64,000 nt of DNA from an uncultured virus (IMG/VR IMGVR_UViG_3300021599_001640) (lineage: Duplodnaviria > Heunggongvirae > Uroviricota > Caudoviricetes), in the IMG/VR virus record IMGVR_UViG_3300021599_001640. One strand, 5' to 3'. Below, piece by piece: positions 55,427 to 64,000 of the stretch. The notes below the pieces were generated by a model. The model worked only from the letters and a program-made list of their open reading frames with translations. It was not told the DNA's origin and did not search any database. Position 1 is the stretch's first letter, and each line of letters starts with the position of its first letter. The position numbers and the translations under genes are program-made.

Positions 55427-55483
55427 GGACAGTTGGATGGCTGTCCACTCAATCCGCCGAACCGACCCGTTTGGCCCTATATT
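55427..55483 (+). promoter_or_regulatory. Dyad-promoter cassette, copy 16
   Basis: GGACAG-TTGGATGG-CTGTCC, CGCCGA-17-TATATT, then GGCCACATG. Confidence 0.85.
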
Positions 55484-55833
55484 GGCCACATGAAGAACGA
55501 AACCGCTCAAATGTCACTTTTCTCCCAAGGCTGGAAAGCTGAAGTCTACTTCGGTAGCGAGTTGACTGCTCATCATATGAACACCCGTTCGGTGTATCGT
55601 TTCAAGGAGAATGCCAATGTGAGCATCACTCACTCCGGAAAGTATGCTGAGAATGGAACTGTGGATGTGTTCGCAGTTTCTATTCGTGAGGAGATCAATC
55701 CTCGTCACTCTGTGACACAAACTGTTGAGACTTTTGATAACTGGTTGGACGCATACTACTGCGGTGTTCAGTGTGTCAACAATCTGAACAGCGACATTCT
55801 CGCTGCTCAATGCTGATCGGTTAGGGTTAGGTG

Positions 55834-55889
55834 GGACAGTCATCTGGCTGTCCACCAAATCCGCCGAGACCAGCCACCTGATGTATTCT
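55834..55889 (+). promoter_or_regulatory. Dyad-promoter cassette, copy 17
   Basis: GGACAG-TCATCTGG-CTGTCC; TATTCT at 55884. Confidence 0.85.
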
Positions 55890-56871
55890 AGCCATGTTGA
55901 GAGGAATCCGAACCGAATGAAAGTCTACGCTGTGATCGCTGGAATTGATTACGAAGGCGAAGTGTTTGATACTCTGCGCCTGTTCGATTGCAAGTCTGCC
56001 GCAGAAGCATATGAGGCAGAACTTGATGCAAACTATGATTATACCCTGATGGAAGCCCGTGAGGTGATCATGGAATCTGCAATCGCTGCTTGATCATGAA
56101 AAACTATCGAGTTCGTGTTGAGACTTATGATGGCTGTGTCACGATTTGGTATGAGAAATCCAAGGCCAAATCCGCAGACAAATTGATTCTCAATCGTGTC
56201 TACAATCAGCTCTGTGGGCTGAATGTCAAAGAAATCGAAGTTACTCCTTCCGTCTGAACTTTTCACACTAATTAACACAAACTCATGAATCGCCAAGAAC
56301 TTCAAGATCAGCTCATTCAGACAATCCTCGATGGTATGGATCTGAAATGTTTGCTTCAAATGTGTTACGATGTGATGGATGAGAATTATGATAAGTATTC
56401 GGATGAAGAATTGATTACTGAATGTGAAGAATACTATCCCGAACTTCTAGAGGGCTGATTCGCCATTCGCAAATAGAGAATGAGATGCGCTCTAAAGACA
56501 CTCAAACTCACCAACACCAACACACTCAAATGATCGCAACTCGTAAAGACTTCTTCATCGCTGTGCTTGATCAGTTTGCTACTAATGGTAACGAACTTCT
56601 GCAACTTCTGGATGACATTGTGAACGGCGAATGTGAATGCTATCTTGAAGACTGATTAACTGTTCATTTCTTACACTTTTTCTTCTTTTCTCTCATGACT
56701 CTTCAATCTGCAATCGCTCAACTTCGCGCTGCTCGCAACGGCGCTGAAATGCTCCAAGTTCTCGACATGCTCGCACAAGACTCTGTAGGTTACACCTATG
56801 CCGAGTCCCCACAAATCGCCAAGGTTCTCGGAGTGCCCACACTTGAAGCTGTAGAGCTCTGATGGTATAAT

Positions 56872-56898
56872 AAAGGGGGCTCACATCCCCCCCTTTTT
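56872..56898 (+). terminator. Intrinsic terminator
   Basis: AAGGGGG...CCCCCTT followed by a T run. Confidence 0.65.
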
Positions 56899-57304
56899 GT
56901 ATGACTGATACGGAGAAACTTCTCGAACTTTCAGAGTTAATCAGACAGATCATCTTTGCTCTAGAGATGACACAATACGAAATCTCCGATTCACAACAAA
57001 AGAATAATGTTCTAGAACTCTCTGAGATCTATCACCAGAAGATGATTGCTATTCTAACCACATGAAGAAACACCATCTGATTGTTGCTTCAATCATCCCA
57101 GCTATCCTACTCACATTCGCAACGATTCGTGATAGCTGCGCAAACCCCGATTATGCCAATTACTTCACAGAATCATGCAAAACAAAGTAGAAAACTGGGT
57201 GGACAATCTAACACTCACACAACAACAAAAAGTTTACAACGAGATCGTGGATTATTTCACAAGTGAGGTGATTAAAGAGGTGTTATCAAAGTATGACAAT
57301 TCTC

Positions 57305-57333
57305 TTGACATTGAACATCTAAACGTATAAAAT
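57305..57333 (+). promoter_or_regulatory. Sigma70-type promoter
   Basis: TTGACA-17-TAAAAT upstream of ORF 57372. Confidence 0.7.
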
Positions 57334-57729
57334 AGTAACGTACTTTCATTCACACTTAAGGACACACACTTATGCAAACCATCAACAACAAAGTTACACG
57401 TTACAGAGTTACCTTGGACTTTACAGTTGATACATCTAACTGTGTAAGTCCTAAAGAATGGAATTGGGCTTCACTTCTCGAACTCGGTAACAACGAATCA
57501 GTCAATGAGGTTTATGTAGAGAACCTCGGAGAATATACCACTCGTAGGAGTAAGTAATGGACCTCACTACCGCTCACCCTTACGGGGAAGAAAGTTTGTT
57601 CGATTTTGAACAAGAGATCAATGATCAGTATGCTGCTCAGTATGATGAAGATATGATCTTCGATGATTACTCTAGTGGCATAGATGCTGAGAGTTATGAT
57701 CCTTGATTGATCTCTGATTGTTTATACTG

Positions 57730-58035
57730 TTTTCCACAGCTTTATGATACCTTTGTGGAAAAAGCTGTGGAAAACAAGCCATTAAAAAAAGGCTAAAAAA
57801 ATCAAGCTTGTGTGAAAGCTTTCTCGTTTATGTTCTCTCTGTGGCCCCTCTGATGGCTTATAAAAAAGCCTCTGAGACCTTGTAATCTTAGCGGGCAGGC
57901 TATCACACGACCGCATAAATGTCAAGAGACCCCCCACATAAGTCTCCGGGACCACACAGTTTGAGCAACATAAGGTCTCACAGTTTCTTATAGTTTTCCA
58001 CAGCACTTGTGGAAAAAGTCTATAAGTTTTCCACA
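57730..58035. repeat. Cluster of six perfect TTTTCCACA (cyanobacterial DnaA-box) 9-mers
   Basis: 57730(+), 57754(-), 57766(-), 57994(+), 58008(-) and 58027(+), all in a non-coding gap. Confidence 0.85.
57897..57925 (-). promoter_or_regulatory. Leftward sigma70 promoter with extended -10
   Basis: Minus strand TTGACA-17-TAGCCT, with TGn immediately before the -10. Confidence 0.6.
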
Positions 58036-58072
58036 GTCTTATGAGCACTCTAAGTCCCCCACATCTCGGAGC

Positions 58073-58101
58073 TTGACATAAGCTCTCTGAGGCCTTATAA
58101 T
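58073..58101 (+). promoter_or_regulatory. Perfect consensus sigma70 promoter
   Basis: TTGACA-17-TATAAT. Confidence 0.85.
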
Positions 58102-58221
58102 AACTCTGTGGGAGTGCATAAAGGGGCTGAGTGCTTAAGCTCTTTGAGCCGGCTTAAGTAAAGCTCAAGCCACAAAGACTCATGAGCCTACCATAGAACC
58201 TTGACAACTGAGATACACAAT

Positions 58222-58277
58222 GGACACTTATCTAACTGGCCACAGAATGTGCCAGAGGGAGCCAGATCCCGTATATT
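58222..58277 (+). promoter_or_regulatory. Dyad-promoter cassette, copy 18
   Basis: GGACAC-TTATCTAA-CTGGCC; TATATT at 58272, then AGCCATGTTGAGA. Confidence 0.8.
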
Positions 58278-58554
58278 AGCCATGTTGAGAGGAACACACA
58301 TGAGCCGGTTATGCTAACTATGAGACCTGGAATGCTGCTCTGTGGATTGGCAATGAGTACAGTCTGTATAAGATTGCTCTTCGTTGTGAAGATTATGCCG
58401 AGTTCCAAGAGCTTATGATTGATCACTACGGTATGAGCTGCACCCCTGATGGTGTACTCTGGAACGACTCTGAGCTTAACCACGATGAGCTCGACGAAGT
58501 GATCAAAGAACTCTGAGCTTCGTCTATTCTAACCGTTCACCACACACTAACACC

Positions 58555-58800
58555 ATGAGCACCATTAACGTCGCAACCGCTACCAAACTCGACCTGCTGA
58601 TTGCTGATACTCAAGGGCAGATTAAGTACACCGTGCTCCCCACCCGTAAGGCTCGGAAATCTGAACTGCTCATGAGCCGCACGAATGGCGTCCGCACCAA
58701 CACTAACCGTAAGGGTCAGGCATACAGCGGACATGCCACACATGCACAGAATGCTGTGATGGAGGGCAATGCTGCTGCGTATTTCAAGACCAGCGGCTGA
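58555..58800 (+). CDS. Small basic hypothetical protein
   Basis: 81 aa ORF with an AC-rich leader. Confidence 0.65.
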   Translation: MSTINVATATKLDLLIADTQGQIKYTVLPTRKARKSELLMSRTNGVRTNTNRKGQAYSGHATHAQNAVMEGNAAAYFKTSG

Positions 58801-59606
58801 TGGGGTAGAGTGTGCGTCCCCTCTGAGGCTTATGAGCACTTGGAGGGGACACGAATACAGGGTAGACGAGCAGCGGTGTTCGTGATCTTATGAGCACTTT
58901 GAGCAGTTGTTTATGCGCCCGTTTGTTATAGCGCGGGGCGCGGTGGCCCCCTATTTCAAAAAACGCTCACTACCCTAATCTATAACGACCCCAAAAAGCG
59001 CTCATAAAGCTTCACACGACTCAAAATTTTTTTCGCCAGCCAAAAACACTCAAAACCCCCTTTCATAAATTCTTAGAGATACTTTGAGTAATCATGAAAA
59101 GTCCCCTTCGATATCTTTATGAGAATGTGTATGGTACAGATATTACAATTGTTGATGAATGTACATATATCTTGATCTGTATTCAAGAGTGTGTTAGAAT
59201 CTTATGGTCTAAAAAGACGAAATGAATATATAATGTTTGAGATGAACATTCAGAATACATGGAATTACAAATAGATCACTACGAAAAGGATTTACTTATT
59301 GATTGTATTCAACATCGTTTGGATACTGATAAGATTTTAATTATCAATGATTCTCTAAAGTCTGAGATTGAGGACCTGCTTGCAAAAGTAGAAGAGGAGT
59401 GTGTATAATATACTTGTAGATGGTTATGTAATTGCACAGAATGTTTCGAAGTGTGATTTGAAACATAAGGTGGAGATCATCAGAGCATACTGTAATCTTG
59501 AAGAAGATCTCAGATTTGCTAAGGTTACATACGTTCTAAATAATCCAGAAACCATTGCATGAATTGATTTGTAGTGGTAGAATAATTACGTCGCAATTCT
59601 AGTTTT

Positions 59607-60359
59607 ATGTCAAAAGGATTTACAATTAAAGCAAACGCTCCGACTCCAAAGAAAAACGAGGATGATTTTGATATTGAAGCCGCGAAGGAAATGATTCGTG
59701 GTAAATCGATTATCTTCTGTCTTCCTGGACGTGGATGTTCATATATTTTTCTGAAGAATTTCGTACAGTTGTGTTTTGATCTTGTGCAGTCTGGTGCAAG
59801 TATTCAAATTTCACAGGACTATTCTTCCATGGTTAACTTTGCACGTTGCAAAGTACTAGGTGCAAATGTTCTTCGTGGACCAAAGCAGATTCCTTGGGAT
59901 GGAAGACTGCAGTATGATTATCAACTGTGGATTGATAATGACATTGTATTCAACACTGAGGCATTCTATCGTCTTGTAGCAATGGATCGTGACATTGCGG
60001 CTGGTTGGTACATGACTGAAGATGGTCAGACTACTTCAGTTGCTCATTGGCTTGAGGAAGATGACTTCAAGAAGAATGGTGGAGTCATGAATCATGAGAC
60101 TGGTGATACGATGAGTAAGCGTCGTAAGCCATTCACAGTAGACTACACTGGTTTTGGTTGGGTATTGATTAAGAAGGGTGTATTTGAGTCTCTAGAGTAT
60201 CCTTGGTTCGCTCCGAAGATGCAAGTGTTTGACTCTGGAGAAGTTCAGGATATGTGTGGAGAAGACGTATCCTTCTGTCTTGATGCAAAGGCAGCGGGCT
60301 TTGAGATCTGGTGCGATCCTAAGATTCGCGTTGGACACGAGAAGACTCGTATTATCTGA
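59607..60359 (+). CDS. Cyanophage protein with a GT-A glycosyltransferase-like fold
   Basis: WIDND (DxD), GFGWVLI, GEDVSFC and VGH motifs; promoter TTGCAT-17-TAGAAT at 59555. Confidence 0.7.
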   Translation: MSKGFTIKANAPTPKKNEDDFDIEAAKEMIRGKSIIFCLPGRGCSYIFLKNFVQLCFDLVQSGASIQISQDYSSMVNFARCKVLGANVLRGPKQIPWDGRLQYDYQLWIDNDIVFNTEAFYRLVAMDRDIAAGWYMTEDGQTTSVAHWLEEDDFKKNGGVMNHETGDTMSKRRKPFTVDYTGFGWVLIKKGVFESLEYPWFAPKMQVFDSGEVQDMCGEDVSFCLDAKAAGFEIWCDPKIRVGHEKTRII

Positions 60360-60421
60360 TCTTCGGCGCGTTAAAAAATCAATTTTTGGCGCGTATGTAA
60401 AACAATTGTGAGGTATTCAAA

Positions 60422-60568
60422 ATGGCAACAAAAAAATCATCGTCTAACAAGGTAGTCATTGAATCGACACCTAAGAAAAGTCGTCAAGGAACTGGAAAGC
60501 ATACTAAATATGCTGCCACCAGTCGAAATGGGGCACGTAAACGTTACCGTGGTCAAGGGAAAGGTTGA
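60422..60568 (+). CDS. Small, highly basic peptide (48 aa)
   Basis: SD GAGG; ...TPKKSRQG.GKHTKY...RKRYRGQG. Confidence 0.7.
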   Translation: MATKKSSSNKVVIESTPKKSRQGTGKHTKYAATSRNGARKRYRGQGKG

Positions 60569-60766
60569 TATCAACCAAAGGAAAAGTCTAAATAATTCAA
60601 ATTAATCTAATTATACAGATGGCTGATTCAGATCCAAAAACATCACCTAATGCGGAACCAGAAGCACCTTCTGAAGCCAATGTTTTTTCTTATGATGTTG
60701 CTTCACAAGTTAAAGCCGCTCCAGAAGTAAAGCCAAATCCAAACTCTCCCCTAGCTGCAGGTTGAT

Positions 60767-61234
60767 ATGACCGAAAAAGAAGCGTATATTCATGAGTGGA
60801 TCGCTGAAGTATCTAAACAACGTTTAGAATTAGGTGGTTTCGCCGTTTGTCCATACGCTTCTAATTCAAAAACTAGCATTGTAGAGACTCCTATCGATGA
60901 CATCGTACCTGAGCCAGGTCATGATGTCATCGTTTTTATTGTAGAAAGTTTTTGGAGACCTGATCAAATTCAAAAATGGGTAGAATTTTACAACGAAAAG
61001 TTTACCTATTACAAATTCTTTGAAGATTTGTCAACAAAAGATACTTATATCAATGGCGTAAAGACTAATAATTCAAAATATAATTTAATTTTGTGTCAAT
61101 CGAAGATTAAATTAAGTAAGATTCGTAAACAATTATCAAAATCAGAGTACTATAATTACTGGAATGAGGAATATTTGAAGGAAATCCTTGGTGATGACTA
61201 CGAACTAGTAAAAGAAGACGACATTTCGGGATAG
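60767..61234 (+). CDS. Hypothetical protein (DUF1415-like N-terminus)
   Basis: WI.EV...LGGFAVCPYA. Confidence 0.6.
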   Translation: MTEKEAYIHEWIAEVSKQRLELGGFAVCPYASNSKTSIVETPIDDIVPEPGHDVIVFIVESFWRPDQIQKWVEFYNEKFTYYKFFEDLSTKDTYINGVKTNNSKYNLILCQSKIKLSKIRKQLSKSEYYNYWNEEYLKEILGDDYELVKEDDISG

Positions 61235-61277
61235 CAACCCCGTAAAAAGTTCTGATTTTTACAATCAGGAGCTAAAA

Positions 61278-61517
61278 ATGTCCAATTTTCCAGTAGATAG
61301 AGACAAAAATTACATGTTTCAAACGTGGGGAACTACTAAACTCGTCACAGATTATAGTCCTCTTACAGAAAAAAAGGTTCTACAAGAGATCGTTCATGAT
61401 ACTGCACCCAATCACGATCTAAAGAAACAAACTGAACTGCATGAGAAGATCCGTAATGACCAAGATTACGATGATTGGGAGTATGGAACAGAACCAACTT
61501 ACGGTAAAAAGTGGTAA
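61278..61517 (+). CDS. Hypothetical protein
   Basis: 79 aa ORF with SD AGGAG. Confidence 0.7.
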   Translation: MSNFPVDRDKNYMFQTWGTTKLVTDYSPLTEKKVLQEIVHDTAPNHDLKKQTELHEKIRNDQDYDDWEYGTEPTYGKKW

Positions 61518-61557
61518 AAAAGTCTTATAGATATAATAAATACCCTTAGTTTAAGTA

Positions 61558-61956
61558 ATGGTAAGGATTTCTCGCAAATTCAAAGATATTAGTCTGTCAT
61601 TTGTGAGAAATCCTGTGACAAATGATATTCTTGCAATTACTGATTCTGATGCGATTAAAAAATCTATCATTAATTTAGTTAGAACTAGAGTTGGTGAGAG
61701 ATTTTTTAATGATTTGTTGGGTACTAATGTTGATAGTTCTATTTTTGAACTCCAAAGTCCTGAAGTTGCATACCAACTTGAACTTGAAATTTCGACTCTA
61801 TTAAAAAATTATGAGCCAAGAATAAATCAATCTACAGTTTTAGTTACATATACAGAAGAGTCGAATGATTTGAATATTAGAATTTCATATGATATAGTTG
61901 GGTTACCAATACCAACACAAAGTATAGAATTTATTTTACAACCCACTAGAGTCTAA
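61558..61956 (+). CDS. gp25: Baseplate wedge subunit gp25
   Basis: FKDISLSF..NP.T.D, AIKKSI.NL, GERFF and YEPRI motifs; late promoter AATAAATA at 61535. Confidence 0.9.
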   Translation: MVRISRKFKDISLSFVRNPVTNDILAITDSDAIKKSIINLVRTRVGERFFNDLLGTNVDSSIFELQSPEVAYQLELEISTLLKNYEPRINQSTVLVTYTEESNDLNIRISYDIVGLPIPTQSIEFILQPTRV

Positions 61957-63827
61957 TGTCATTCAATCAGTTTACCAACTTAGATTTTAATGATCTAAGA
62001 ACACAAATTAAAGATTACCTTAGATCCAACAGTGATTTTACTGATTTTGATTTTGAAGGGTCTAATTTTTCTACGCTGATTGATTTACTCGCATATAATA
62101 GCTACGTTACCGCCTTTAATACAAACATGGCGGTTAATGAAGTATTTTTGGACAGTGCAACACTAAGAGAAAATATTGTTTCTCTTGCACGTAACATTGG
62201 ATATACACCAAGATCGAGAAGATCTGCAAAAGCTAGAATAAGTTTTAATGTTGACTTAACTACATCAAGTGCGGCTAGAACTTTAAAGATTCAAGCAGGT
62301 CAAGTAGCACTTGGAGCTGTAAGAGATGGTAATTATATTTTTTCTATTCCAGAGGATGTAACAACTCCAGTTGATAATAACGGTATTGCTACATTTGAGA
62401 ACCTAGAAATCTATGAAGGGGTTTATTTAACAAGTACTTTTACAGTAGATTCATCCCAGAAAAATCAAAGATTTATTTTACCTAATGTAAATATTGATAC
62501 TACAACAATTAGGGTATCAGTAAGAAACTCAGTAACAGAACAATATACTCTTTATACTGATATTCTGAATGTTGGTCCAGATACAAGAATGTTTCTTATT
62601 GAAGAAGTAGCTGACCAAAAATATGAAATTCGTTTTGGTGACGGTATCTTAGGAAAAAAACCTGCATCCGGTAGTGACATTATAGTGACCTACATTGTGA
62701 CTAATGGTAGTTTAGGTAACAGTGCTTCTAATTTTACTTTTGCAGGGGTTCTAAGGGATAATAACCAGGCTGCAGTATCAACTGGCATCTCCCTACTCAG
62801 AACACTTTCTGCGTCCCAAAACGGCGATGAAATAGAAAGTGTAGACTCTATCAAGTACCTAGCGCCAAGAGTTTATGCATCCCAGTTCCGTGCAGTTACT
62901 GCAAATGATTTCAAAGGATTAGTTCCTTATGTATACAGTAATGTGGAATCTGTTACTGCATATGGTGGTGAAGAATTAGATCCTCCAGAATATGGAAAAG
63001 TTTTTATTTCTATTAAACCTAGAAATGGTACTTTTCTATCGCAAATTACAAAAGAAGATATTTTAAGAAATTTAAAACAATATTCTATTGCAGGAATCAG
63101 ACCAGAAATAATAGACCTTTCATATCTGTATATTGAACTTGATACTACAGTTTATTACAATGTAAACCAAGTATCAAGTGCAGATGGATTACGCACTAAA
63201 GTATTAAATACTCTTACATCATATGCTAGATCTAGTGATGTAAATAGTTTTGGTGGAAGATTTAAATTCAGTAAAATCAATACTTTGATTGATGGAACTG
63301 ATCAAGCAATCACTTCCAACATTACTAAAGTTAGAATGAGGAGAGATTTTACTCCTGCTTATAATACTTTTGCAACGTATGAAGTTTGTTTTGGTAATAG
63401 AGTTCACATCAAACGAGGCGGTTATTCAGTAAAATCTACTGGATTTACTATAAGTGGAGTTGATGAAACTCTATATATGGGGGATACCCAGATTGATGAT
63501 ATTAGTGGAAGAATTTTCTTCTTTAAAGTGGAAAATAATGTTCCTGTAATAATTAAAGCCAATGCTGGAACAATAAATTATAAGAGTGGAGAAATATTAT
63601 TGGACGTTGTAAATATAACTGGATCTTCTCTTCAAAATGGATTTATTGAGGTTCAGGCAGTTCCAGAATCAAATGATATTATTGGATTAAAAGATCTTTA
63701 CTTACAAATTGATGTTCAAAATTCTGTGGTAAATACTATAGAAGATATTATTACATCAGGTGAAAATACAGCAGCTACATTGTTTACACCGACTTCAAGT
63801 TATTTAAACGGAAAGTACACTAGATAA
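61956..63827 (+). CDS. gp6: Baseplate wedge subunit gp6
   Basis: LDF..L...IKDYL, FTDFDFEGS, LDSATLRE and RAVT..D motifs. Confidence 0.92.
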   Translation: MSFNQFTNLDFNDLRTQIKDYLRSNSDFTDFDFEGSNFSTLIDLLAYNSYVTAFNTNMAVNEVFLDSATLRENIVSLARNIGYTPRSRRSAKARISFNVDLTTSSAARTLKIQAGQVALGAVRDGNYIFSIPEDVTTPVDNNGIATFENLEIYEGVYLTSTFTVDSSQKNQRFILPNVNIDTTTIRVSVRNSVTEQYTLYTDILNVGPDTRMFLIEEVADQKYEIRFGDGILGKKPASGSDIIVTYIVTNGSLGNSASNFTFAGVLRDNNQAAVSTGISLLRTLSASQNGDEIESVDSIKYLAPRVYASQFRAVTANDFKGLVPYVYSNVESVTAYGGEELDPPEYGKVFISIKPRNGTFLSQITKEDILRNLKQYSIAGIRPEIIDLSYLYIELDTTVYYNVNQVSSADGLRTKVLNTLTSYARSSDVNSFGGRFKFSKINTLIDGTDQAITSNITKVRMRRDFTPAYNTFATYEVCFGNRVHIKRGGYSVKSTGFTISGVDETLYMGDTQIDDISGRIFFFKVENNVPVIIKANAGTINYKSGEILLDVVNITGSSLQNGFIEVQAVPESNDIIGLKDLYLQIDVQNSVVNTIEDIITSGENTAATLFTPTSSYLNGKYTR

Positions 63828-63828
63828 A

Positions 63829-64000
63829 ATGACAGATATCAAGAGAGTTAGAATCAACGACATCGTGGAATCTCAGATTCCAGAGTTTTTAAATGAGGAA
63901 TCTCCTTTATTTAAAGTTTTTTTGAAGTCTTACTATAATTCTTTAGATCATAAGTCTGGTGCTATAGATTTAGTTGATAACATAAAGTTTTATAAAAGTG
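63829..64000 (+). CDS. gp7: Baseplate wedge initiator gp7-like (3' partial)
   Basis: MTDIKRVRINDIVESQIPEF..ESPLF..FLKSYY; directly follows gp6. Confidence 0.7.
   Translation, partial: MTDIKRVRINDIVESQIPEFLNEESPLFKVFLKSYYNSLDHKSGAIDLVDNIKFYKS

Larger units (their letters stand above)
47237..57710 (+). other. Hypervariable region II: blocks of very small ORFans, each block headed by a cassette promoter
   Basis: Many 35-125 aa + strand ORFs; visibly more C-rich codon usage and AC-rich leaders than the structural region. Confidence 0.75.

Noticed and set aside
57782..58048. Minus-strand 88-aa ORF with repeated LWKT
   Set aside because: The repeated peptide is simply the translation of the DnaA-box repeats.
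27470..58241. Dyad with 8-bp spacer as a loxP-type tyrosine recombinase site or integron attC
   Set aside because: Arms are short, spacers differ between copies, no recombinase is in the window, and the fixed distance to the -10 favours a transcriptional role. Not fully excluded.
36699..58290. Cassette repeats as a CRISPR array
   Set aside because: Copies are degenerate, separated by 0.4-7 kb of genes, and contain -10 boxes; no cas genes are present.
670..63407. Minus-strand ORFs in the track (e.g. 8186..8857, 20869..21231, 39891..40568)
   Set aside because: Nearly all are antisense shadows of + strand genes and none shows a recognisable motif.
1..64000. Stop-codon reassignment
   Set aside because: Large conserved genes translate intact in code 11 with all three stops used, and neither tRNA is a suppressor.

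Overview
This is a 64-kb segment of a T4-like cyanomyophage (host inferred to be Synechococcus/Cyanobium-type). Evidence: gp5, gp25, gp6 and gp7-like baseplate genes, CP12, CpeT, two tRNAs and T4-type late promoters. All credible genes lie on the + strand. Layout: 1-9.4 kb baseplate/tail genes with cell-wall hydrolase domains; 9.5-13.3 kb auxiliary genes (aminotransferase, radical SAM, CpeT, tRNAs, Mom-like); 13.3-26 kb giant fibre protein, Gly-rich protein, three 2OG-Fe(II) oxygenases and an Asn-synthetase-like gene; 26-58.8 kb a long presumed early, hypervariable region of small ORFans; 59.6-64 kb conserved genes and the baseplate wedge. The strongest unexplained signals are non-coding. (1) An oriC-like locus at 57.7-58.2 kb has six perfect cyanobacterial DnaA boxes (TTTTCCACA), divergent sigma70 promoters, a structured ORF-less transcript and a second repeated 12-mer. 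(2) Eighteen copies of a dyad-plus-promoter cassette with fixed spacing head the ORFan blocks. Also notable: an IP-like protein with a capsid-targeting sequence, a DUF262-HNH nuclease, a possibly circularly permuted M23 domain, and several fusion or truncation junctions that may be assembly artefacts. All family calls come from reading motifs by eye, not from database searches.
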